From the NCBI GenBank assembly GCA_000320545.1, contig ADNK01000090.1, forward strand, positions 28,692 to 92,691: 64,000 nt of DNA, in the 5' to 3' direction. A program made the translations under genes and the position numbers. Source of the DNA: Bigelowiella natans CCMP2755 (taxonomy: Eukaryota > Protista > Cercozoa). Under the pieces are notes generated by a model, which was given only the letters and a program-made list of their open reading frames with translations, was not told where the DNA came from and ran no database searches. Positions 12,405 to 25,155 of the stretch are shown here, one piece after another; position 1 is the stretch's first letter, and each line of letters starts with the position of its first letter.

Positions 12405-14141
12405 ATACGCACAATGATGCTAGATGCACATCGATCGATGGCAAGCACCAAAATGTGGTTTTGATGCTGTGACGTAGCCGTCGTGGAAAATGCTATAATG
12501 CTCGTCACGTTGCATGTCTAGGTGCGCCCATTTGCGAAACTTTGAAACGCTAGACGCCGTGCATGCATTGTGACTCGACTCATTGGCCCACATGTGCATT
12601 TCTTAGCGACGGCAATTTGACACGCTTCAATGAGCATGCACGTACAGCTTGTTCTCATCCAGCACTAGAGCATGCAGTCCGCCAGCAGTCGCAGCGTTTC
12701 GATCTCCAGTCGATCGCTGCAAGTGTGGGACGTGTGCTCAATCTGCGATCGATGAGACGCATCTTCAATGTTCAATGTTCAATGTTCAATCTGACAAATG
12801 CACGCACATGCATTGAGCTTTGATCTCGCAAAGCACGAAGCCAGCAAGGGCAGCGGCGCCACTGCCAGACTGACCCGCCATCCTTTCAACCGCTCGTGTT
12901 CGTGTGGAATTGTTTCACTTGTTCACTCATTCACTCAACGTGATCTCTTCTTCTTTGATCAGAGCTTGGAGCGCACCTCCCGAATCTTCTCGCTTCCGAA
13001 CCCCGTGATTCTCGGTCGCAATCCCGGTTTTCCACCGAGATTACGGGATTGCCGACCCAGCTGTTCTCCTAGATCCGCCCGATAATTGCCGTTGCGGGCC
13101 ACTGTCAATTGCCGCTTGTACCGGGTACTGCCGTAATGTATACAATTCATCGGTTATTGTCTTCCTCTCAGCTTGCCGACACAGGGGAGTTCTTTAGAGC
13201 TTTCCATGCTTGCCACGAGGCCAGATTCTCGTCTGCTTTCCCTCGATATTTGACCTGTATGCTCTGTTTTCGGAACAATTTCCCTGCATTAATCCCCCAC
13301 ACGAGACTTGTTGAGCTTGCGATTGGCTGACCCTGAGAACCCGCGCAAACCAGTTTCCAGATTCAGGATCGGGCTGCTTTCCGGGGCGCTTTTTTTTATT
13401 GGTTTTTTCGTATGTAATTTCAAGAAATGAAAGTCCAGGAAAAGCCTACGCCACCTTCGTGTGCTTGACGCTAAGGCAGGAACACATCTTTAAGATCTTT
13501 AATGCTTGTCGTTACAATGGAATATCAAGGCATTTTTAATATTTGGTTGGGTGTTGCTGTGAAGATAATCTGACTCATAACCAAGGTGCCTACTGGCAAA
13601 CGATTCGGAAGGTCTCGACCACCTCTTCCTCCGAATCATCGCCTCGGGTTGTTAACAGGCAAAGGTGGTATTGTATTTGTTGGGATCTTCTACACACATG
13701 TTTCCATAAGAGATACAAATAACTGGAAATTTTGAGTTACACTCACCAGCAACGATTCGATGAGAACTACCCGCACAAATTGAACTGTACACAATTTTCG
13801 CGCAACCATCAGTCATTCCCGCAAGAATATTCTATGCCAGAGTCATTGTTCCATGTATAATATGACTAAAGTCGATTTATGGTTACATTTTGATTTTACA
13901 CTGTGGTATCGGATGAGCACCATGATGTGTCAATGTGCCACAACCAGCGTACACTATGTTGAGTGACTTACAATGCCTCCCGTAAAAATGCATTTCTTAC
14001 TCTTTGGATGTCCCCACCTTGTTGATAAGCCACTCGGTTTGATCTAATTTACTTCATATTTTTTTCCAGCCTGCGAGAAGAGCCGCTGGGGCCTTTTCAC
14101 GTCCCGAACGTAGTTCCCACCCGAAGCTTATCCCGGTGAAG

Positions 14142-17100
14142 ATGCTGCCATCTAAAATCACCACGCCAGGAATTGGTGTCATTGTGGTAGTAGCATGCTG
14201 GGCACCGCTGTCAATGGTAGACGCGGTCGATGCGTCGATGGCCTACGGTCAGATCGCAACCCCTGCAGCCGACTTCGCTAATCCAATCGGCACTTCAATG
14301 AGAAGGGAAGCCCTCATTTCACGAACCATGAAATCTGAGAAAGGAGCGCGTGGTGTTGAGATCGGGTACTCCGGCGATCATCAACAAACGTCCTCTTCGA
14401 TGGCCTCATATGCAAAGAGGGCGTGGGGGCGGATTTTCGGCTCACCACAGCGGTCGCGGCCCAACCTGAACACACGAAGTTCGATGCTTACCAAGGATCC
14501 CTTGCTAAACTCCGTGGAGCCCTATGTAATAATTCTGATATGAAGATAACTTTATTTTCCGGGGGAGGAAGAGGGATAGGGGAGGAAGAAGGGGGCAACA
14601 TTCATGTGTGTATGTATGCGTTTTTACGGAAGATTGACTTAAATCTCCCACTCGATTAATCATCACTTTTGGACTACAAAGAATTCCGTCTCTTCCTCGC
14701 CTTGTCGCACCACGGCTTTTTTTAAAAAAAGAACTTATCATTGGCAGGCTAAATTCGAGGTTGAGTACGACCTTGCGCACGGTGGCGGCGGAAGTAGCAA
14801 GGACGTAACAATCACCGCAGCGCAGACTCTGAAACTGGCTTCGTCCGTCATCACCCCGGAAGCATGGATGGCTGATGTGAAGGGCTTGACCGAAGTCTCT
14901 AATACACGTTTTGCTGGGAGCGACGGCTGCGCCGTTGCTCGGGGGTATCTGCAGCAGAGGCTGATAGAAATTGGGTGATATGATGAATAACTAATGACAA
15001 CGCAAACATATTGGAATATCTTTTAGATGGCGTGGTAGTGTGTGTGTGGGGGGGGGGGGGTGAGAGATGGCACGATGAGAAGAAATGGTCGTGAAGGTTG
15101 CAGAAATGGGTGCGTGTTTTGCACCAATTCACTCGCTGATGCTCGTGTGTTTTTCTCCCCCCCTCCCCAATATTACGCAAAACAGGCTCCCTGTCAAGGA
15201 GCACAAGACTGAGATCTTCGTCAAGCAGGACGGGAAGCAAAAATCATCCACCTCGCCCGATAAGGCCTACGAGGTTGTAAATCTCGTCGGGACTCTTGAG
15301 GGCAAGCCGGCGCTGGGCCAGACTCAGGATGACCTTCCCGTGGTGGTCGTTGGCGCTCATTACGACTCACGCGGAAGTATCCTGTGCGAGAAGGGCAGCT
15401 CCCCGGGCGCGGACGACAACGCCTCGGGAGTCGCCGGTGTCCTCGCTGCTGCGCGCTACGCGAAAGCCCTCTCCGACTCCCGCGGCGGCCTCCCCTGCAC
15501 CATCAAATTCGTGCTATTTGGCGGCGCTGAGGTAGGTTGCTGTGTGTGTGGGCGCTGATACCTCGAAGGGTTGATTTGATAGTGTGCAATTGGGATATTG
15601 TTTTTTTGAAAAAATTGTTCCCGGCGCAATCCTTCCTTCACTCCCCCGTCCCTCTCTCCCCCTTTAACTTAAACAAAAAAAACTTGTGTGAGCGTTCGCG
15701 TTAACTCCGCATTTACACCTTCCCCCTACGGTTCTCCAGGTGGGGACGATAGGCTCCGACCGTTTCGTGAAGACACTCGTCGAGCCTAAATTCCGCAGGA
15801 ACTTTGCTGGCGCTATAATCCTGGACCAGATTGGGTACAAACAGCAGCGGACGAATCTCCCTGGCTCCCCCATCGCACGTCTAGTTATCGACACAGTAAA
15901 GAGCGCCAAACAAGGTCTTGACGAGAAGGCCAAGGCACTTGTGAGGGGTCTTGGAGAAGTAGCTAAAAAGGTCTTCACACAAAAATAGATTCTCCCCCCT
16001 CCCCCATTCCCCACTTCCAACCCTTGATTCGCAAGAGTGGCGCGCTCTATCCCTTCCCAGCGTAATCCCCCCCCCCCCCCCCCCGAAAACATCATAGGTC
16101 GCCGGAAAACCGCACCTCGCAGAGACTTTCTGCAACTGGTTCGGCGTGGGTTCCGACCACACGCCCTTCTTGAAAGAGAACCTGCCCGCCGTGCTCCTCA
16201 TCTCCCGCGACTACATGAGCAACCCCGGGAAGTTCTCTGCAACGGATATCGCTGACCGCCTCGACCCTGCCCAAGGCGCGCTGATTTCCCAGGTCGCAGC
16301 GCTCGGCGCGCTGCACATGGGCGGCGTGCGCTCAAAGGAGGGGGAAAATCTCGAGAACCTGTGCCAGCGCCTGGCGAAGCAGCAGGCTGCGGGGGCTGCG
16401 GAGTCCGATCTCTTCGGCAGCAGCGGCCTTCCAAAGGTGTCGTACGACAGCCACGCAAAGGTCACAGAGACAGCCGAGGGAGTCGTAATCTCTTCGAGGG
16501 GTGAAGCGCAAGCGACAGGCGCCGCCGCCGCCGCCACCACAAGCAGCCCGAAGGAGATGCAGACTGTACCAGCAGCAGTAAGGGGCGGCCACGCCTCGGC
16601 TTCCTCCGGCGGCTCTGGTAGCGAGGATGGGGTGGCAGCTGCCCTGAGGGTTGCTGCGGAACAAGCCAAGAAGATCTACAACACCCTGGACAAGTCTCCT
16701 CCGCCACCAAACGCGCGAGAGAGATCATCACGTGCTAGTAACCCAGAACCCAAATCCCCCCCCCCGTATCGCGGCGAGACGGCCAAGAAAGGAGGGGAGG
16801 ACGAGCCGCTCCCTCCGGCGTTACGGGATGCCGCGGAGACCCAGAAGAAAGAGGTGTTTGCCTCGGCCTTCGCCCAGTACCGAAAACAGAAAGCGAGCAG
16901 CTCGCCGTCCTCAGACGCCCAGCCAGCGTCCCCCGTCGACACGAAATCGGAGGATCAGCCGATTGGATATGGCTTCTCGGTTCCGAAGACAAGCGCTCTT
17001 CCGGAGAAGCCGAAGCCCGGCATGCCCAAGCCTTACATCGCGCCTGGGTTCTCAGCGCCGGCCTCCACGGCGTCCGGGGAGGTGGCTGCCGCCTCCAATG

Positions 17101-20100
17101 CTGAGCTTAAACAGCTCGGCTACGGCTTCTCAGCACCTGTTTCGCCGCCTCCCACGCAAGATAAGGAGAAGCCTTCTCCTTCCTCCTCGTCGTCCTCTGC
17201 CTCAACGCCTAAGGGGGAAGGGGCAGCAAGGAAGACGGGTTGGAAGATGCCGAAGCCATACGTTGCTCCAGGTCCAGCAAAGTCGGAGGAGGAGGGGGCC
17301 AAGTCAAAGCCTCTGGGCTGGGGTTTCTCAGCGCCAGTTTCCCCCGAAAAGGATGATGCCGAGAAGCAAAAAAAAGCACCTCTTTCTTCTTCTTCTTCTT
17401 CTTCTTCTTCTTCTTCTCCCCCTCCTACCTCTCCGAAGCCTGCAATGCCTAAGCCTTACGTTGCCCCAGGATTTTCCGCTCCTGTATCCACAGCGTCTGG
17501 CCAGCCGATTGGTGGGGACACCTCCTCGGCGGCAAAGGGCGGGGGGGGTGACTCTGCGGCACCGAAAAAGAGCACACCGAAGCCTTATGTGGCTCCACCA
17601 GCAAGTGCAATGTCTCCGGCAGCAGCAAAGAAGCCATCATCATCTTCATCATCATCGTCGTCCTCCTCCTCCTCCTCCTCCTCGTCCCAGACGCCCAAAC
17701 CATACGTAGCTCCAGGGTTCTCCGCCCCCGCTTCTACGCCTGGAGGACAGCCGATTGGAGATTCCAGCGAGAACAGGAAGGTATCTCCCTCGAAGCAAAC
17801 GCTAAAACAACAACAGGAAGCGGGAGCATCGACGACGACGACGACGACGACGAGCACACCAAAGCCCTACGTGCCTCCCGGGTAAGTATCTCTGTAGTTC
17901 TTCGGTTTCATGAGGAAAAAACATCCCGCCCCCCTCCCTTCTTTCATCATGCGATGGAGTCTTCCTACGTCACCAGAACTGAAAAGATTTGAGGAGATGT
18001 ATGTACACTGATTGTTTCTCCCGCTCCTCTTCCCTCCTTTTAGATATCCAGCGCCGGTGTCGACGGCCTCTGGGCAGCCATTGGGGGGAAGCTCCGACTC
18101 CTCCCCCCCCCCGTCAGGAAAACCCTACACCCCCCCTCCCGCTGACTCCTCCGCGGGTGGCAAGATGAAGAAACAGCCGTCGTCCACACCAAAGCCTTAC
18201 GTGCCTCCGGGGTATTCTGCGCCAGCCTCCACCGCCGCTGGGCAGCCCGCTGGCGATGACGGCATTGCCGCCGCACTACAAACAGCCACGGAGCAAGCGA
18301 AAAAGATCTATAAGACGCTCGATGACTCGCCAAAGAAGTCGTCGTCGTTTGAGATGCCCAAGCCGTACATCGCTCCTGGCTTCTCGGCGCCCGCCTCCAC
18401 GGCCTCTGGGCAGCCACTAGAAGCCGAAGCCAACGAGGAGGAGCAAAGAAAGATGAAGAAGAGCCAGAGCGGGTCACCCGCTGCTGCTGCTGCTGCCTCT
18501 GGAGGGCAGCAACAGCAGCCTTCTGCGACTAGTGCTGCAGGACCAGCACAATCCTCATTCTCATCTTCTCCTCCTCCTCCTCCTCCTGCTCCTTCGGCAC
18601 CCAAACCGTACGTTGCTCCAGGTTTCCCTCCTCCCTCATCCACAGCTTCTGGCCAACCCCGAGATCAGCAGCAGCAGCAGCAGGTGGCTGAAGCCCCCGC
18701 CCAGCAATCCAGCTCTGGCGCCAAGAAGAGTGCCGCACAAACGCCGAAGCCATACATCGCCCCTGGGTTTTCCGCACCGGCGTCGGCAGCGTCTGGCCAG
18801 CCGGCAGCCGCCTCCACTTCGGAGACTACGATGAGGCAGCCTCCTCAGACCAAGCCTTACGTGCCTTCGAGTCCATCCTCCTCCTCCTCCTCGTCAGCCT
18901 CGTCCTCGTCGTCATCGACAATAAAGCCAACCCCCTACACGCCTGCAGGCTACCCAAAGCCAGCGTCTACAGCTGCCGGACAGCCTCTCGCGCCTACAGC
19001 CAAAGATACAGGCACTGGAGGAGGAGGAGGAGGAGGAGGAGGAGGAAGGTCCCTGGACAAGCAGCCGCCAGCGCCCACCACCACAACTCCTGCTGCCACA
19101 GTCTCTACTACAGCATCATCGCCGCCACCTCCTAAGCAAGGGGCACCGAAGCCATACTTGGCGCCTGGTTTTCCAGCCCCCGCCTCAACGGCATCTGGGA
19201 AGCCAATCGGCGGCGATTCCAAGGTCACGTCTCCTCCTCCGGCCGCAAAGAAGCCTGTCTCCTCGGAGACTCCTAAGTCAAAAACGTCGGCCTCTCCACC
19301 CCCCCCTTCCACCACTCCAGCAGCAGCAGCAGCAGCAGCTCCGAAGCTTGTTCCTTACACGCCATCGGGGTACGCGAAGTCGGCCTCCACTGCCGACGGC
19401 AAGCCTAGACCTGAGGTAGGGGCGGGAGAACCAGCATCAGCAGCCGCCACAGCGCCGACGACGAAGACTGCTCAAAGCAGCAGCAGCACCACCACCACCA
19501 CCAGCACCACCAGCAGTAGCACTGAAACAGTCCCCTACACGCCAGCGGGATATCCGAAATTTGCCTCAACCGCCGACGGGAAGCCTGCTCCTGGCGCTCA
19601 GCAGCCACAGCAAAACCAACAGCAACAGCAACAGAACCAACAGCCACAGCCGGGGAAGATGGCGAGCGAAGGTACGCACAGCCGGTCATCCTCTCCCCCC
19701 CCCCCTGCTGCTGCTCAGCCGTCGCAAGGCAAGCCGGTGCCGTACACTCCAGCGGGGTACCCGAAGTCGGCGTCCACGCCTGATGGAAAGCCAATGCCGT
19801 CTGCCTCTTCCCCCAAAGATGCCAGTGCCAGTAACACAGGCTTTGGGACGGGAGGCTCATCATCATCATCATCATCATCCTCGTCGTCGCATAAAGGACG
19901 CCCCATCCCCTACACCCCAGAAGGCTTTCCGAAGCCCGTTTCGAAACCCTGGGGTGACGCTCCTCCCTCACCGTCATCATCGCCCAGGACTACTCAAACT
20001 CCAAAGGCGACATTGACGACGGCAAGGGACTATTACTACGCAATACCGCAGCCGTACAACCCGTATCTGAAGACGTCCTCGGCTAGTAAGAGCTTCGAGG

Positions 20101-22547
20101 AGGTGGTGGCTAGAGAGCGACGGCAAGAGGTCCCTGCTAATGCTGCTGCCCCTGCTGCTCTGCACACTACTCCTCCTCCTCCGACATCTTCAGATGAGGT
20201 CTCTGTTGGTAGTAGTCCTGCTGCCACCACACCCTCCACGGGCCACGCGCCTGCTACAAAGGCAAAGGCGGCGACCATGACGACGACTGAAGCGCAGGGT
20301 CGAAAGGAGAGCGCGGCCCCCGCCGCCGCTGAGAAGGCGAGGGCCGCGATAGAAAAGGCGGAGAGACTCGTCGCCTCCCACCTGAAAGACGACGACAAGA
20401 AGAAGGCCAGCGCCTCTACTCCGCAAACCAAGTCGTCAGCGTCAAAAGGCAGCGACCTTTTCTCAGACTTCATGCGCCGTGTGGGGTCCTCCTTGGGCCT
20501 CCGTAGACCACCTTACCGCGGGACTACAACCACATCAAAGCCTGAACCGTCCTCAGCGGCGGCGGCGACGGCAGCAACAGCAGCAGCGGCGACCGAGGGA
20601 GCGAGTGGTGCAGAGAAGGAAGTGCCATCCCAAACAAGCTCAGCACCACAACCACCACCATCACCAGTATCATCTGGAAAAACAACCGCAGATATATTAC
20701 AGCAGCAGCAGCAGCAGCAGCAGAAGGAGCAGGAGAAAGCGCCTTCTGCTTTCCCCCCGAGACATTTGATCGAAGGGCGGGAAGGGAATGGCAGAGCATC
20801 ACCAACTCCAACACAGATGGCTGGGCCCCATACCTACCCACCCAAGCACCTGATCGAAGGAGGGAGGGGCGGCGATCCGGGGGTGATCCCGCAGCAGAAA
20901 TCGCCCAAGTTTTCCTACATCCCGCAGCCTTACAATCCTTACCTCGGCAAGAAGGAGGAGGAGAGGAGGAGGAAAACGGAGGGAACGGCACACTACTCCG
21001 CGGCGGCGGCAGCAGCAGCAGCAGCACCCTCCATCCCAAAGCCATACACACCGCTGGGCTATGCGCCGTACGCTTCGACGGCCTCAGGACAGGCGATCGG
21101 CGGCAACGACGCCGCCTACACGCCGTACGGTGCTGCGCCCCAAAAGAAGCCGTTCGACATGTCGATACCGTACACGTCTGGCCGCTCAACTCCGCCTGGG
21201 GTGACAAGCAGCCAGCAGTCGCCGGAGATGTCTCCCCCTCCTCCTCCTGCTGGCTCCCAAATCCCTCGGCCGTACATCCCGCAGGGCTATGCGCCGTACG
21301 CCTCGACGGCTTCAGGACAGGCGGTCGGCGGGGGGTCAGCACCCTATACGCCGTTCGGTGCTGCACCTCAAACAAGGCCCTTCGACACGCCGAGGATGCC
21401 GTACAACACGCCGTCATCTTCAGTGCCGTACACGCCGCCGTACACGCCGCCGTCCTCCCCCCCACCCCCACTTACACAAATGCACGCGCAGAGGACACCC
21501 TCCCCTGTGCGAACGCCGCCAAAACCTTACCTGCCGCCTGGGTACCCCGAGTACGTCTCGTCACCTGCAGGTGTGGGCTCTCCTTCTCCTCCTCTCGCCG
21601 CGTCCTTTGAGCCGCAGCAGCAGCAGAGGAGGAGGATAGCAGCAGGCCTTCGGGAACGGGAAGCAGCTGCAGCCTTCTCCTCCCCCTCCTCCTCCTCCTC
21701 CTCCTTGCTTCCAGCAGGCAGGGAGGAGGGCAATGACGACAGCAGCATAAACCCCTTGAAGAAGCTTGTCCAAGCGATGTCCTCGCCCAAATCGACCAAC
21801 TACGGCCTCCGTGGCCTCAACAACGACAGCAGCAACAACAACAACAACAACAACAACAACCAGCACGAGGGGCAGGAAAGTGGGAGCAGGCCCGGGCCGC
21901 ACGACTTCCCCGATCTCCCCGCCGGCGCCAAGGTGCAAGTCAACGGCGTGAGCTACAGGGTGGAGGAAGCGCCGGCCGCGGAGTTGGCGGCGCGGAGGAG
22001 CCGGTGCGCGTCCATGGTTCACCTGGTCTTCGACGAGCTGGGCACGAGGGAGGCGAGGGGGCAGGAGGCCATCGAGGAGCTCTGCCAGCGGTGGGGCCGC
22101 CACAAACTCACCCGGGAGAGCGCTATCGAGGAGGGGAAGCAGGCGTACGAACGCCTCGTCGGCGACAACGGCGCCAGCGGCCATGCAACCCCCTCCACCG
22201 CCTCCTACGCCTCTCCCTCCCCCCCGGCCTCCGCTGCCGCCGACGAGAGAGAGCTTCTGGAGAAGATAAGGGTCGCACGCGAGGCGGGGCGCGAGATGGA
22301 GAAGATCCGCGAGGACGGGAGCAAGGGGCTTCCCGTGCGGATGGGGGAGGAGGCGGCCGATGACAAGTCGTCGTCGTCGCCGCATCATGGGTTCACTCGG
22401 AACCAGGCTGCGCGCCTTGCGTACAGGATAAACAGCAGAACGGGGAGGCCAGAGGCGGCCGGCTGGCTGCAGAACTTTGTGCCTCCAAGCAGTAGCAGCA
22501 GCGGCGGTGATGGCACTCGAATGAATGATGCCGTCAAACGCCATTAA
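14142..22547 (+). CDS. Secreted M28-family peptidase-like protein (~2,500 aa) with very long Pro/Ser/Ala-rich repeat tail; probably catalytically inactive
   Basis: N-terminal hydrophobic segment GIGVIVVVACWAPLSMVDAVDA. M28 motifs NLVGTL, VVVGAHYDS, GADDNASG, FGGAE|VGTIGS, ILDQIGY and GSDHTPF. The 16146-17885 and 18012-22547 ORFs join through a GT-AG intron at ~17883-18042 that falls inside one repeat unit (PKPYVPPG|YPAPVST). Confidence 0.85.
16950..21580 (+). repeat. Coding degenerate ~20-aa repeat, consensus PKPY(V/I/T)xPG(F/Y)xxPASTASGQP, about 17 full and 4 partial copies between low-complexity linkers
   Basis: Counted directly in the translations of 16146-17885 and 18012-22547. Confidence 0.9.
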
Positions 22548-23784
22548 GAGCCTTAATCAGCTGCGCTGGTGGTCGCAGCCTTTCGTCGCTGCACACTCCT
22601 GCAATCCATAAGCCCTCATCATCTCACAATCTCCTCGCCCTTTACATCCCCTAGATCCAACCCCCCCCACCCCCCCCCCCTCCACACACACACACACTCT
22701 CCGAACCTCTCACCGCCACATTCATCCGTAACGTTCCGCACGCGCGGGATGCTACAGCAGCAGGAGGATTGCCGAATATGTGGATTGCATTTATACTTTG
22801 TGACATAGGAAATCCATACATACACAAGGGGCATGAGATCGCTCTTTACCCCACATCGATCGTCAACCTACTGGATGTTCACTCCAAAAAAAGGAGTAAT
22901 TTAGTAAGAAGGGTCGAAATGCTCACATATCGTCTATGATCGTCGCGGTCTAGCATGTATGTGCGCCGCTGCCTTCGTTCAGGAAGCGAACAGCGTGAAG
23001 AGCAAGAAAGATTTATTCCATAATAGATCATCAACTTGAGCGAAGAAGTAGATCGATGCCTCATGCATGCTAGCATGCACATGCGCATTAGACAACGCGT
23101 GTTGAAATCTCGCCCCTGCTAGCCTGTCGTGCGCGCCAGAGATGATGATCATAATCACAGGCCTCGATCACTAGATAGATAAGCTCTGGCAGTGTGGCTG
23201 CCTCTAGGTGGACTGTGGTCGTAGTTCGGCTAGCGCAGACACGTCTAGACGTGTGTACGTCTTGCTAGCTTGGTGTAATGAAGGAAGGTTTATTTAATAG
23301 AATCAAAATAGCAATGCAGAATGCTAGAATGACATGTTAATGTGACACACACATGGACCCAGCTAGCCAGCTAGCCAGGATGCTGGCTAGCATGCAGCGC
23401 ACGTTGGTGCACATGATAAAAGCATTTCTAGATCGCGAGTTTACATCGTAGTATCGTAGCATATCGTAGTAGTTGCAAGTCTATGGAAATGTGCATGTGA
23501 CTAATGACATTGTTCTAGTATTGTACATCTAGCTTGCCATATGTTGTAGCTTTTCGATCGACAAATTGTTGCGAGAGCTCCCAAAGCTTATCTTACTAGC
23601 TTACTACGCATCCTTTATGTATCTATCTAGCTATCCACAAAATACGAATTTCTCTCCCTTTCGACGTAAGCAGTCTTCTACGAACTCAACTATGTTTTCC
23701 GCCCTCCGCGTGATCTGAAACACAAAGCATAATATGAGAAATACGCTAGCGTACAGTACCTTAGTAAACGTCACATGCTAGCAT

Positions 23785-24980
23785 TCATGGCGTGCATGCG
23801 AAAGTTGTTGGGTTTCTCCCATTTCTAAGGACCTGCGTACCCTCCAGCAGGTACGTGTCCGCCCGGAGCAAAGATTCGAGGCGGACGCCATCGTATGTCA
23901 TGTTGGAATTCGAAAGCACATCACGATTCAGCTCTTGAAATGTTTGCCAGAGAGCTTCGGCCAGCTTTCCGGACTCGACGAGGGATTTGAGTTTCATGTA
24001 TGGCTCCTTATGCACGCGGCAGTACCGGATTCTCATCGGAATAGGGCCGCTGACGAGCTTATCATGGTCAGCGTAGAGAAACACCCCATTGACATAGAAC
24101 TCGTTCGCTCCTCGGTCGATGTTGCCAATGAGGTAGTCAAACATATCCCTAGTCCCGTATTCGCGCTCGTAATACGGCATGTATTTGGCGAGTTTGCGCG
24201 CCCAAAGCCTGATACGGTAGTAGGTGTGAAGATCCGGGACGAACTCTACCGCCGACCCCAGCACGTACTTTTCCCCGTTACTGATGTCCACGCCAATGCT
24301 AGCCCCTGAATGACCAAAAAGAAGCGGGAAAACAGAACAAATCAATCCATCAACATCCTTACATTCCGCAATCTCAGGTTGTGAGCATACTCGTTTTTAG
24401 TCTCCTTTGTCGTCCCTACCGTCTCCTTTCTCCTTCACAGAATGAATCCAGTTATCAAACATTTCAACCTCCATATGTCCCCATTTATCCTGCATATACG
24501 ATATGAACGGGGCGCAAACATGAGAGGGCATCCTTCCCCACATCTCATATTGACATCTTTGTCATCTTATCAATGATCATAAATGATTATATCATCATCA
24601 TCATCATCATCATCGTCGTCGTCATCATCGTCATCATCGTCGCACGTCACCTTCTTGCACATCTTAAGTCTCTTGCTTCTGGGCCTGATAGCTCTGTTAT
24701 CGTGTATTGCATGCTCCAAGTCGTCCATACGAACGGACGTTAGAAGTGCTGGTGGTACTCTCTCAAGGCCGAGCATACGATCAACAGCGTAGGCGGCAGC
24801 CTCGGTGCTGGGGCCCCTCTCGGCTGTTGGCTTCCATATAACCCTGCTCGTGGTGGACTGAATCCAGAACTTTGGGTGACAGCCGTCTGCTCGTGTGAAA
24901 GCAGAAAGGAGGATGGTGAACGAAGGATGAGTTCCTTGGATCAATAAGGATGATGTATATCATACGTGTATATATCATAC

Positions 24981-25023
<43 letters not shown>

Positions 25024-25044
25024 CAGAGTGTATAGACAGTGTGT

Positions 25045-25101
<57 letters not shown>

Positions 25102-25110
25102 CGAGAGAGC

Positions 25111-25155
<45 letters not shown>

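Noticed and set aside
16950-21580. Regularly recurring repeats with variable spacers, superficially CRISPR-like
   Set aside because: The repeats are in-frame, degenerate at the DNA level, conserved at the protein level, and in a eukaryotic exon; no cas genes.
21985-22110. Saposin-like look of RCASMVHLVFDEL...IEELCQRW near the M28 protein C-terminus
   Set aside because: Only two cysteines; the six-Cys saposin pattern is absent.
20524-22544. Long antisense ORFs (315 aa and 327 aa) and the 352-aa alternate-frame ORF at 16651
   Set aside because: Shadows of the GC-rich, low-complexity coding strand of the M28 repeat gene; no domain-like content.
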